Origin: Paecilomyces variotii
Lineage: Eukaryota
Direction: 5' to 3' (one strand)
NCBI GenBank assembly: GCA_004022145.1
Contig: RCNU01000008.1
DNA: 64,000 nt
Shown: positions 36,535-48,890 of the stretch, in pieces
Layout of the letters: each line of letters opens with the position of its first letter
Position numbering within the stretch: the first letter of the stretch is position 1
Translations under genes and position numbers: made by a program
Notes under the pieces: model-generated
Database searches by the model: none
Told to the model about the DNA's origin: nothing
The model's input: the letters and a program-made list of their open reading frames with translations, nothing else

Positions 36535-38263
36535 TCACGACATAGATCCCTCGAGGTCACAACAGGGCCAAGAGCATACGCTCATGCTGCTGATGGCCGC
36601 TGCTGTTCCTCGATCACCCGGACTCTCGTTGCCTGATTTGATTTCCTATTCCTTTCCTTCTACCTGGGTGCACGTAACCCGGTCCATATAGTAGCAGTCC
36701 CCGCGGGGCTTCACACAAATAAATGCCTTAGGTAGCGGTGGGGAGTTCACAAAACCACTCGTTCGGGGCGCCGGCTTTCCAAATGCGCGGTACCTCCGAG
36801 TTGGGGCCAGCAAATCTTCCCAGCCCGATGGAAACTTCCTCTGCACGATGCGCTGGTGGTGCGCGAAAATCCCTGGGGCGCAGCGACTGGTCGATCACGA
36901 ACGAGCGCGGGGGTTGATATCGTCAACCAGGGTGCGTCCTGGGTCCGTGGCAGTGGGAAAAAAGAAGTTGGAGATCCGGATCGATCAATTGGTCCAGGAA
37001 GTGACACAAAGAGGCGAAAGGAACCAGGGGGAGAGAGAGAGGAGGGACGACCCAAGCAGAAAAGCGGTCCTTTCTTATTATTTTTCTCTTTTGCGCGGTC
37101 CAGGGTCTAATAATAATACTCGATGAGACGACCATATGGTACTAATAGGCGGGGAAGCTCGATCGGATGCCGAAACCTAATAATATGCCACGATATGAAC
37201 CGTCCAGGGAAGCAGATGGCAGTTAGCCAGCAAGGTAGTGCGAAAGCCGATATTGGCCTGTATACCATACTCTACTTAGTCTGGAGGGGCTTTCGGACGA
37301 TTGACGATACGATCACAACGTCGTACAGAGTAATCTTCGCATTGACTATGAATAAACGCCTCGACCCGCCCGGCTGGGACGGCTCTTCCGGCTGGATGGT
37401 TCAACAACGACTTGTGCAGTCGCACGACAGACATGGTGGCTTGGGCTGTGAGCATCTCGATCGTGTCTGGCATCGGCAGCATGACTTGTTGTATGCGAAA
37501 CGCCAAGAGCCTACTGACTCGACGGACGCCGGATGAAAGAGATCACTGCCTGCTTGGGACCCTATGGAGGAAAAGACCCTGTCAGTCTGATATCGCTTGT
37601 GGTATGACACCTTCGCGAGCAATGCATATCTATTCGGCCAGCAGGGTTGAATGCGTCAGTGCAAAGCTACATCATGCGTGTCGACCAAACCCCCGGGCAG
37701 CGCACTTCAATTCGACGAAGCTGTCGCTTGCAGGGCTTGTCTTTGGTTATCAGTGTCCGGGTGGACGAACAGGGTCTCTTATATCCGTCTCCGAAACTAT
37801 ACTTGATACCACTATAAGCCTACTGGCTCCATCAGATTCCACTTAAGATGGGATAGATTGCCCGGCGATCTGCGAGTTGCAACTTGCAAGCGGCATATTA
37901 TTATTGCCCTAAGACTGCACTTCGGTTCACCTTCCCAATACGCAGTAGATACATGGGTATATGGCATTATCCCGTCCAGAGCACTGCATTGTTGTCCTGC
38001 CATCGGGCGTTATGGAGGGTACAACATTGGATGACGAGTTGTCTACGCGACCGGGAACACGGTGATACGTCGGACGGAAGAGGACACCAATGTGGATTAA
38101 CCATTTAATTCAAACATGGGTTCTATACATGGACGACCAGGTCATGCAGCCAACAAGCGAAAACCGCAAGAGGCTGATCCATCTATTTGACATGGAGGCT
38201 AGGGTGACATGATCATACTGGTTGGGGGTAACAAGGGAAACGTAGGATAGTAGGTCACGACGT

Positions 38264-39014
38264 TTACAGAACGGAAAGGTCGCCAAAGCGCTCCTGCGGG
38301 TCGCGAAGCATTAGTAAAGAGTTCAAAGATCGACCAGATGCCACGAAAATGGGCGGGGTAGAAGGCAAAACGCACCTTGTAGCCAGGCGGCATCCATTTG
38401 CCCCGGATAACCAGGGAGGCGGTCTTCTCGTCGATCTCGGGCTGAGCGGCAGCAACCTCGTCCTGCAAAGTAGCAAACATATCTTAGTACACCATCCAAG
38501 ATCACACGTTCGGGCCGCCGGAGCGAAACATACCACAGTGAGGTCCTCGAATGGGCGGGCAGTCTCGATGTTCTCGAGGGTCTTCTGCAGGTTGGACAGC
38601 TCGGCCTCGACCTTGCCCTTGGTCTCCTCAGCGTTCTTGACGGCCTGGGCCTCGAAAGCGTCAATGGCCTTCAGTTGGCGGTTGACGTCGTAAGTGGCCG
38701 GCTTGAAGCTCTTGAAGTAGTTCTCGATCTCATCAACGACCGCCTGGTTCTTCAGGATCTTGCGGTAGTGGGCGAAGTCGACAGTCTGGGGCTGCTCAGA
38801 CAGCACCTGAACCTTGCGGCGCGCATCGTCGTTACGCTTCTTGAAGGCCTGGAGGGAGGCGGCAGTCTGACCGCGGAGGCCCAGCGAGCCGGTCACCTTG
38901 GTCCAGTCAAGCTTGAGGGCAGCGCTGCGCTGTAAACACAGAGTTAGCGGCGTCAGTCCATGCGACAATCGAGAGACACAGGGTAATTGGACTCAATTGA
39001 CGTACTGCAGCCAT
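38264..39014 (-). CDS. atp7: Mitochondrial ATP synthase subunit d, 4 exons
   Basis: [12 protein letters not shown]..., [34 protein letters not shown] introns. Confidence 0.95.
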
Positions 39015-39427
39015 TGTGATGGTGGCAGAGGAGAGATGGTAGGGAGGGGGATGGGGTCGACGTGCAAAGATGGACGTTCCGGAGAGTTGAGGCTGTTCGG
39101 CAAGGTTTGGATGCCAACACATCACGTGACGCCATGTTCCCGTGTCCCGAGCGACATCGCTCCCCTATGCTAATAGGGTCATCTGGACAACTGACAGCTC
39201 TACGTACACAATGCACCATATTAAATTGACTCTTGGAAAATACAATGGCAGGAAAAGTGGTTCGCATTTCTTTTACTGAACTGATTTACACGGCAACCGC
39301 CAGAGGAATCAGCCTCCCGAGGGATATCTGCCTAACTATCGTTCGGACTCGGTCCTGACTGCAGCTGATTCGAAAGTCACAGCCAGGACCGACTCCCTGA
39401 CCTATGAGAACGTCACACAGGCCATCA

Positions 39428-40244
39428 TTATATGCTGAGAGCCATGATGGAGTTGACAATATCGTTGTCGTTCTCCTTAAGAGCCTTAACGGCCTTCTTT
39501 CTCGAGACGTTGGCCTGAGCCATGACGAGCTCAATGTCCTTGGCCTCGAGGCCGGAGTCGTCAACCTCCTCGCCATCATCCTCTTCCTCCTCCTTCTTGG
39601 CCTCGGTCTCAGGGGCCTTGCCCTTGCCGTGGTCGTGGTCGTGGTCGTGGTCGTGACCGGCGTGGGCGTCACCGTTGCCGGCGGCCTCGGCGGCAGCCAG
39701 CTGCTGGGCAGCGGAGGCCTGAGCCTGGGAGTTCAGGTCCTCAATCTTGGCCTCACCGAAGATGCTGTAGCATTGTAAGCTCAAGTGTTCCATATGGGTC
39801 CAGACAAATGGGGTACCAACATCCAGGTGTTGCTGGAGGGGGATCGGTAGACATCGGGCTGGTTGATGACGAAGAGGATCTGTGGAACGGCGCGTTAGCC
39901 TTTCTGCAGAAAGTCGTATGTCGGATGCTCTCAAATTGTATCTTCCAGCCGCGGAGAGGGACTGGCGTCCGACTGGGGTGGTATCTTTCCGACAAGGGTC
40001 ATGGACTTCATACGTTCTTGGGTCTGCGGAGGGTGACACGAGTAATTCCAGGGACGTGCTTCAGGCCGAGCTTTCCAATGGCCTTTCTGGCCTTCTTCTC
40101 GTTACGGGAGTGAATGGTGACAGCGGCGCCGCCGGGGATGGTGGGCTCCTCTCCAGCCTCAGACTCGGAGCTGCTGCCCGCATCTTCGACGTTCGCCTTG
40201 GGGACTTCCTCGTCGGGGAGCTCTTCGACTCTAGGGTTGGCCAT
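39428..40244 (-). CDS. egd2: Nascent polypeptide-associated complex alpha subunit, 3 coding exons plus 5'UTR intron 40271-40439
   Basis: [26 protein letters not shown]-terminal [16 protein letters not shown]...[10 protein letters not shown]. Confidence 0.95.
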
Positions 40245-40936
40245 TTTGTGATTCGGACGAGCTTGAAGTGCTGTGTTAAGCGGTCGTTAGCATTGCGCAC
40301 TGTGCAATTATACAATTGATCCAGCACGAGCCGTGGGAAGTATACTACCCCGCCACCATCTGTACGCGCATGGTGGGGAATGGACTTTCCAGGCTCGGTG
40401 GTGAGAATGTATGGCTCCAGAAAGCAAGTTCGAACATACCTTGCCGTTGATAATGGACTGTGGTGGATGATGTGAATTTTGTCGTGCTGGAGGTTGGAAG
40501 CCGCACAGCTGTGTGAAGGTCCCAGGGCCGATGCGCATCTTGCCGAATACCGTTAGCGAGGCTGCTACCCTCCCGACGACCCCAATGGCAAGACACACAA
40601 CCTGAGATACAAGGCTACGGTCCCCGCATTAGTTAACGATGATGGAGACATTTATATCTACAGTTAAGAACTCGTCGAAATTACTTCTAAATTGTTATTT
40701 CATAATTTTTGGCATCGAAACACGGCTGATCCCGGCCGTGTCTCCAGATCCACGGTAAATGGAACAAGCGTGCTCTTCGTGACACAATGAGGATAACCAC
40801 TGCTCGGATATCAAAGTTTTTGAACCATTTTATGCTGTCAATGATAATTCGTACAGCGGATATTTGCTGGATGGACTCCAGCGATGTCAGACCACCCAAG
40901 GAATTCCTTCGCACCATGCACCGAAACCTAAAACAT

Positions 40937-41605
40937 CTAAGACGACTTGGCGGCAGCCCGGACCTTGGCGTGCGCCTTCGCGATCTCGTAACGAGCCTGC
41001 AAGGAAGGTATCCAGTTAGCCCAATGTTTCTTCTTTTCCCTCCGATTGTAGTATACACCCATTCATCCTGGAATGTGTGTCCAACTTCGCAGATAACTCC
41101 TCCCGGTGGTAGAAAACAGTATCAACGTACCTGCTTCCTGAGTCTGAGGACCTTGAAGCGCTCGAAGTCGGTCAGGTTCTTTCTCCGCTCCTGCTGCTCG
41201 CTGCGCTTGGCGAAGCTGCTCTGAGCGAACTTGGCGTCGATCTCGTTCTTCTCCCACAGCTTCTTCACGGGGCCAGTACCGGCAGCACGGGGCAGACGGG
41301 GGATGACGAAAGGAGTGAGGGTAGCGTGAGAGAGAGCAAGGACGTGACGGGGGACGACCTTGTTCTCCTGGCTGGAGGGACCGTCGACCAGAACCTGCAA
41401 TTCGCGATTTGAATCAATATGATATTCGATTGACCGCCAAACCAACTCATTTCCCCCTTTGATTCTGGATGTCACGTACACGTCTGTGGTCAACGATCTC
41501 GACAATAGTAGCCAGCTTGCCGGTGTAGGGGCCGCTGCGGATGAGCACAACGCGCCCAACCTCAACAAGCTTCCATGACGAGACTTTGATATCGATTTCG
41601 GCCAT
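40937..41605 (-). CDS. rpl14: 60S ribosomal protein L14 (eL14), 3 coding exons plus 5'UTR intron 41617-41695
   Basis: [39 protein letters not shown]; last exon [19 protein letters not shown]. Confidence 0.95.
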
Positions 41606-42122
41606 GGCGAAGGCTTCTGAAAAGGCGCACACTGGAGTTAGCGTAATTGCAACCAGCAGAACGCAGCGGCGATGATAATGCTCGGGGAAACTCACGGTCG
41701 TCGACTCCGGATTGGCGTAACGGTGGTTGTTGGTCGAAGAGTCGAGTGTCGAGTCGTCCGGAGCGAAGTTGCTGTGCTGGATCGCGAATTTCGGAGGTGG
41801 AAGCGTCGCCCACAATGAGTCTCGCTTAGCAGCCAGTAGCAGCCCGCCAAAGGCTTCTGTGTGGTCTAGGGCTGTCGTCCCACCTTGTTCTAGCGCGTCT
41901 TAGCCGAGTTGTTTTTCCGATCCGGAAAGCTCTTTTTAAGCCCCGAAGCTTCCCCCTCTTGTTTTTTTCCCCCAGTGCTGCATCTACAATGGTAGAGAAA
42001 TGCGTTCTACCGGTGCCAGACATATCATGATTCCAGCTCGACTCTCCCACTAACACGACTGTGCTCTCGCAGCTCTATTGTCACTGGTATGTATACAGCA
42101 TTGTTTCTTCCTGTCGTTCTTC

Positions 42123-42228
42123 TTACATGATGCGGTAATTTGCGATTGACCCAGCTCTGTGAAACCCTCGCCGGGGTTTCAAAAGCAGTGCTGGCGTATG
42201 ATATTCATTTCTTACATATTCTGATATG
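42123..42228 (+). ncRNA. Box C/D snoRNA, snR87/U16-like (SSU rRNA Am436 equivalent)
   Basis: Box C ATGATGC 42127; guide GGTAATTTGCG 42134-42144 complementary to SSU CGCAAAUUACC; D' TTGA 42146; internal stems ccagc/gctgg and tgaaaccc/gggtttca; C' ATGATA 42198; D CTGA 42221. Confidence 0.85.
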
Positions 42229-42399
42229 CACTTCTATATCGTGTTTCATTTCATCCCAAGTTTTGCCCAATGTTCTTGGCTGACTCGAAAAAAAAAGACA
42301 AACAGGTATTCAGGTCAACCCAATCTTCACCCTGCTTTGCCAACCGTTTTTATTATTCATCTATATGGTACGTTGATGCCTTTTGCGCTTCCCCGTCTC

Positions 42400-42485
42400 T
42401 CCGATGATTACACCCTATCATGCCTAGATAGTAAATGACGCCTTCGGGCGATGATCTATCCTTTTATCACCAAGATCTCTGAGGA
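42400..42485 (+). ncRNA. Dual-guide box C/D snoRNA: D guide snR24/U24-like (LSU Cm1437), D' guide snR65-like (LSU Um2347)
   Basis: tcc/gga terminal stem; C ATGATTA 42404; guide CTAGATAGTA 42424-42433 plus D' ATGA 42435; cgcc-TTCG-ggcg hairpin; C' ATGATC 42451; TTATCACCAAGATCT plus D CTGA 42479, matching the recalled 3' end of yeast snR24. Confidence 0.88.
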
Positions 42486-43243
42486 CCTCCAACCATCACT
42501 ATGTTGTCACCCGCCCTCTGATTGTCCAGGGACTGACATTTATATTCAGTAGGAAATGGTCTTGGCAGCAAAATTTGAACTCCGGCAACTTGCGTCCATT
42601 GCTTTGTTTTGGCAAGAGATCCAGTCGTATCTCACTGTGTAGGAAGGCGATAGTTAGAATTATGAATCCAAAAAATTATTATCAGGCATATCATTCGAAA
42701 CCTTCTAGTTTCTTGTAATTCTCAAGCGTATCAGCTTGATGGCTTAACCTCGCGGACTATATTCAACTTATCACGCGTTTCTTGATGATGTGGTAGAATG
42801 TAAACATGCCAATTCCCTTCTCTTACACGTACTACTATCTCTTTGACGTGCTCCCAAAGGACACACTATTGAGATCCCCATGTCAGACACGAACCACGCA
42901 AGAGAGTATGTCCACTCGAAACGTATGTCAAGCGTCTTTCGGGAACTTGACTTGTTGGTAATATCCCGCAGCCTATTACTGCACTGCAACTGACGTGCTA
43001 GTCAATACTATAGGTGGAAAGCAAATGCAGATTCCAGTAAGCTGAGAATTGCAGTGCGATGAATCATAATCAATGTCCATCTGGATAAATATCTGCTATG
43101 CGTTTCTAGGAGAATCTGATTTGTTTTCGTCAATTGGGTGGAAAGTTTGTTATCTATATATTTTCGCGTCTCTCAAAGTCTTTCGTTCAGAACTTCCAAG
43201 TAAAATTCGCTAGCTACACCATCTATCATCATTATCTCTATAA

Positions 43244-45071
43244 TCACATTCGATATCTGAATCCTCTGGCCCTAAGATCTGTTACATCATCTTTGTTGTC
43301 CGCCTGTTCATCTCCTATAAGCAACTCTGTCTCGGTGTTTCTGCCTTCGTTACTCTCAATTTCATCGCGCCATCTATTGACCAGAACTAGATAGACTCTT
43401 AACCCTAGCGCGAGGATAATTACGAAGGAATAGCAGATAATAATGGCTCGGAACGCTGTATGGTAGTGTGGAGCTTCGGACGATTTAAAGAATAAGGGAC
43501 CACATCTACCATTCAACTTGTTAGTTCTTAAAATTCTATATATATAGAGAGAAAAACCCGATAATTGTTAGAACTCACATGTTCCCTGTACAATACGCAA
43601 TGAATAATAACGCACTCATGGTCAACTTCTTCGTCGAGCCCTTGTAATTAACCCCGACAAGGGACATCGAGAGTGGAAGAGCCCCTGGTCCGGTGGATAG
43701 GAGGTAGTACGCAAAGAGATTAAGACCTTTGCTGACATTAGTGTATATGATGGCGCTTCCGATGACAGGAAATATGACGACTATAATTAGAAGGTAGGTT
43801 GTGACGTTCTGGAATTCGCTGGAAAGTCGACCACTATGTAGCCGCTTTATTAGTCTGTTCGATGCAGAATGGGTTTAGATAGCCGGGGAGCAAGGAGTGT
43901 GACATACGTGATTAGAATTACTGTGAATGAGATTACCGATGCTGGAAGCGTAACTAGCGTTGTCTGGAGAGATGTAAAACCGAATCCTTTCAGGACAAGG
44001 TTGCCGAAATTCTGGGTACCGCCATTGGGGATCTTGATTGTATAATGTCAGCCTTGAAGCGTTGATATTGAAAGGTAGAGGCGACAAGACATCCGTACCT
44101 GTGCGAGCAACGATATACCAACAAAGAAAAACGTCTTAGGGTCCAGAAGGCATTCAGTGATTTGGCTAGTTTTCCAGGAACTTTTCCCCTTCCCAGTTCC
44201 TGCGGCCTGGACTCGTCCTTCTGCAACCTTTCGTTGCTCTTCCGTAAGGAACTTGGCCGACATAATGGAATCAGGTAAAAAAGCTAGCAGCACCCATCCC
44301 CATATGAAGGTAGCTACACCCAGGATCTGTGAGTCGGAATCAGCAAATGCCTGGCATGGGATGAACGAAAAAGAGATGCCAGCGTACAATATACAGCCAC
44401 CGCCACGGAGAAAAGGGTCGTTCAATATGTCCGATCCCATACGCAATAAAGCTCGCAAAAATTCCTCCAATTGCATTCCCTGAGAACCATATCCCGACCC
44501 GCGTAGGGACCTCTTCTCGGGTATACCACATGGAGGTGATAAAGAGGAAGGCTGGTGATATCGTCGCTTCCGCAACGCCAAGTAGAAAGCGAACCGCAAG
44601 CAAACCACCAAAGTTGGTACAGGCCGCCGTTAAAGCAACAACTGTCCCCCAGAAAAGAGTATTAACCGAAACATACTTCCCGACAGGTAGTTTTTGGATC
44701 AGTACTGATGTCGGATATTGCCAGAAGAGATAGCCAAAATAGAAGATGCTTGATACCCAGCTGTATTGGGAACCTTTCAGATGCTAAAATAGCGTTAAAT
44801 AAGATAATTACTAGAATATAGGATAATGAGGGAGACCGTTAGAACCTACCGTGTCTTCTTCGAGGCCAAATACAGCCGCGCTGGAAAGGATCGTTTTGTC
44901 CATGAAATTCAGATTGTAGGTGATGAACAGCAATGGCATTAGGCGAAGGTCAATTTTGCGTAGGACATGACTAGAAAATGCATTATCTGCTTCAGAGTCC
45001 GCTTCGACATCAGCATCGACCACCGTGGTGTCGATAACGGAGGGCACATTTCGCCTGTCGGTGATGCCCAT
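43244..45071 (-). CDS. MFS transporter, allantoate permease (Dal5/ACS) family, multi-exon
   Basis: LRKIDLRLMPLL, FMDKTILSSAAVFGL, RFLLGVAEA, MWYTREE, DVTDL...FRY. Confidence 0.9.
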
Positions 45072-45546
45072 CCTCGTGACGAATATTCCAGAGATTGCTT
45101 GACCAAAATTATCGTACCAGTTATACTAAGCAAAACAGTCAATATTACCATGGCTTTGCATTTGAAAGAAAAACCCATACTCTAACTGATCACCAGGAAC
45201 GTTCACCCCGTGCGGCTGGATACCCTATCAATAACCGGATCGGGAGGTCCCGCCACGGACGGCTAGTTTGATAAGTACTGGACCTCGGTGTTTCAAAGAT
45301 TAACTGGTTTCCTACGTGATACATGTAGGATAAACCCAATGGAATATGGAGCGAGAATATCATTGGGATTGAGGACTTGGAATCATATTGATCAAGCAGC
45401 ACATTTGCTTGTGTCTTCACGATAGTTGTCAAAGTTATGCGGAAAGTAAACATTTGAAGCCCTCACACTGGTGATGTGATGACTAATCATAGTTCCCTTT
45501 GAACGCCAGACGTCTTCGTCAACTATTGTTTGTGAACAAGATCAAT

Positions 45547-46868
45547 ATGTCTCCTGCCGGCTCCAAAGGCAACAAAAATACACCTGCGCGGAAGAAGGCC
45601 TGCAGACAATGCACCAAGGCGAAAGCCCGTTGCGGTCACGAGAGACCACGTTGCTCTAGATGCCAGTCCCGGAACTTGGACTGTCAGTACACGACCTCAA
45701 CAAGTGGATGTTATTCTAGCATGTCACCTGCTAACCAGACAAATCATGACATCTTCCACGGCATAAGCACATCGCAGTTTGGAGGTCAAACCCCGCAACC
45801 GTCGAGAAGCAGTGTCTCAGATAGGGGTGATGGGTCCGTCACCAGTCCTACGCATCAGCTAGGGTCTTCGAATCTAGTTCAAACTGATACTAGATCACAA
45901 TTATCTGATCGTCTGAATCTGGACTTCTCTCATCTTGATCTCGTGTCTATTGCAGATAGCACTCAGATTCGAAATCGCTGGTTGGAGAGCTTCTTTCCGT
46001 CAGATAATCAGATCCCGAAAACATTCTTACCGTATACGGTGCAGTTTCTATCCTGCGTCTTGGCATCGTATCCAAAGTACATGTTGAGAGACGTATGTGT
46101 CCCACCGATTATACATACAGTGCAAGTAAATACAAGGGAACTCCCACTTGCGTTGGCGAACTGCTACAGCCTAGTTCGTATGTGGGAAACGAGAGCCATT
46201 GGAAGCGAGGCGATCGTAACATCAACTGTGCAGCGGGAAATGGAGAGATTGATAGAAGAGGTATTTCTCCCGAAATGTAGACGCTCTCACTTTTCACTGA
46301 TGTGGACTTTCAGCGCGAGTCATATGGACAAATGGAACTGCTCGCTGCGTCGCAGGCATATTTGATTTATGTAATAATGGCATACTTTTCACCTGCGCAG
46401 GGTATTCCACTCGTCGACAGCTCAACCATTGTACATCTCCAAGAATTCTCTTCCAGACTCGCCCTCGGTGGGCTGATATCTGCGGCAGAACTGATGCACA
46501 CCCGTCCTTCATGGGAATCGTGGATTGTGGCTTCAGCAAAAAGGCGCGTTATTTTCGCCTCTTATCTTTTCAACAACGTATTCAATTCAACAAACCAGGT
46601 CCCAGTATACCTTGCTGAAGAACTAGGTGACCTTCCAGTTCCTGGAAACAAATTACTATGGGAAGCGAAAGATCGTGTAACTTGGGAGAAAGAGTATGAC
46701 AGACATCTCTCACTATGGGAAGACGGAGATCTGAGAACGTTCGAACTCTGGCGCTCCCCAGAGACGGGGTCTCCAAACAGACGCAAAAGAATCCATCAGT
46801 GGCTACGATCTGTTGATGAGTTTGGGATGATGCTGTTTGCTACCTGTGCGCATCTACACGGATGCTAG
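45547..46868 (+). CDS. Zn(II)2Cys6 transcription factor, 2 exons
   Basis: ACRQCTKAKARCGHERPRCSRCQSRNLDCQY; intron 46261-46313; PSWESWIVASAKRR. Confidence 0.92.
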
Positions 46869-46955
46869 AAGGAGATTGTTGGTTTAAAGCAACAGTGCCT
46901 GCTTTGATGACCGCAGATTTCAGAGAACATTATTCTCATAAACGAGCTCGCTGTC

Positions 46956-48890
46956 CTAGCAACTGTACCTGAACGAGGGATCCTCTTTGTCGGTGATATC
47001 TTGTCCCTTTTCCACAGTGGGCACGCTTGTCGTTTCTTGCTCCGCTATATCTCGGAGTCTATTGTCCCTGGCACAGAGATACCAGTATGCCGCTGTAGCG
47101 ATGAGCAGCAAAAGCCAGGTCACAATTGCAGTGACAACACCTTCGAAGTATCGTGGTTTCACCGTCCACAGCTGCGGCCCTCCGATGCACCCAGCACAAT
47201 ATCCTATGAAGAAGAATGTGTTCACAATGGCACGTTTAGTGTTCCCTTTAACGTTAGAAGCACTGAGGCTTAGGAGAACAGACATGATATCTGATATAAT
47301 CGACGACTATGACGAAAAGCACATTGTCAGCACCTTAAACAGAACGAGTCGAGGGTATTTAGGACTCACGAGCCAAGAGGCAACAATCAGACCCCAACCT
47401 GCCGAGATTGGAAGTCTCAAAAGAAGGATGTTTCCAACAAAAGGTGGTATTATGAGGAAGATAACGACAAGACAGCGCTTATTTGGCATGAGGAAGCATC
47501 CAAGTACACCGATCCAAATGAAGACGATCTGAACAGCTCCTGACGGGGACGTGTATAACATTGTTTCAAACTTGTTATACCCGATATTATTAATGACGAG
47601 CGAGGCAAACTATGTGGAGCCCGTCAGTATGATAGTTTGGTGATTGAAAAGAAGGGAATGTTACCGTTAAAACTGGAGATTGCATGGTGACGAGCACACC
47701 GAACCAGAACACGAGCCAAGCTTTAGCATCAGTCAATGCTTCTTTCAGCTGATCGACCGAGAAGTGCGTCTTGTCCCCTCCTTCGCGGTCCTTAGCCATG
47801 CGAAGCATTAGAACCTCCTTCTCCCGCTGATTGAGGAACCAAGCTTTCTCAGGAACACTTGGGATGAGGATGTAGAATAGTATTCCACAGAAGGAAGTTA
47901 ATGATCCACATATGAGAAATAACACTCTCCATGGCGCAAGGCTAAGTGTAGAATTCTTCCCGATGCCGTACATCAATAACGACCCAATAACTTGTGCCAG
48001 GCCATTCATCGTCACCCACATGCTGCAAGGACCTTAGTGCATAGCAATTATGTTAGAGGAGAACGAATGACATACCCTATTCGCATCGGGTGTTCACTCT
48101 TTCTATACCATATACTCGTGATAGAAACGAAAGCGGGAGATACTGCACCTTCGGACAGCCCTAAAAGAAACCTAACAGCTGCAAACCCTGCATAGTTGTG
48201 AGCAGCTGAAAGACACATGCATATACCACCCCAAATAATGCTAGACCGGACGTCTAAGTTAGATCAAGGATTCTGCATGTCTGTAACTGGCTGTTCTCGA
48301 CTTACATCGTTACACCGACGAATTTAGCCAAAGGTAGCTTGCTCATTAAGTAAATAAAAGGATATTCAGAGACAAGTTGTCCTATTTACCATCAGGAAAA
48401 TAATCCCACTTTCCAGGAAAAGGAAGCTGTGGATGTACCGATATAGAATATTGATGAACACCAAGAATACTGTGTCCCTTTCAGATTCAGATCATCGATA
48501 AGGCCGAAGACAGATGCATAACTGAGACTTTGTTTGTCCATATCTTGATTCGATATTGTCAATAGTGAAACGATCATTGATAGACCAGTTCTATCTTACA
48601 CTGAAAGAAAAATACCAGGCACATCTGATATGTTGCCAGCAATTAGCGATGCCTCTCGTCCCGGTAAATAGGACATGTCATGTTATAATAACCAGACTTG
48701 CACATACCATGGGCAGAATAACACAATCAATCTTCTTAAGAACTGCCTTTTCTTCATCTTTTGTATACGTGACTCTTCCAACGTCAATATTATCGCCTTC
48801 TGCCAATTCTATTGGCACTGAAGACTGTTGAGCTCCTTTATCGATGGTATCGGGTCTACCCGATGATGACTTCCCCTTCTCGACAAGCAT
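46956..48890 (-). CDS. Second MFS transporter, allantoate permease (Dal5/ACS) family, multi-exon
   Basis: LKKIDCVILP, MDKQSLSYASVFGL, APWRVLFLICG, NVKGNTKR, DITDKEDPSFRY. Confidence 0.9.

Larger units (their letters stand above)
41990..42650 (+). ncRNA. Non-coding spliced snoRNA host gene, divergent from rpl14 (ends approximate)
   Basis: Two canonical introns 42087-42305 (GTATGT...GCTGAC...CAG) and 42368-42549 (GTACGT...ACTGAC...CAG), each holding one C/D snoRNA; exons show only very short ORFs. Confidence 0.75.

Noticed and set aside
36600-38200. Cluster of 60-145-aa ORFs upstream of the second F-box-like gene
   Set aside because: Overlapping on both strands with no recognisable domain; likely UTR/promoter
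40997-41130. Long rpl14 intron as a snoRNA host
   Set aside because: No convincing box C/D pair or rRNA-complementary guide found
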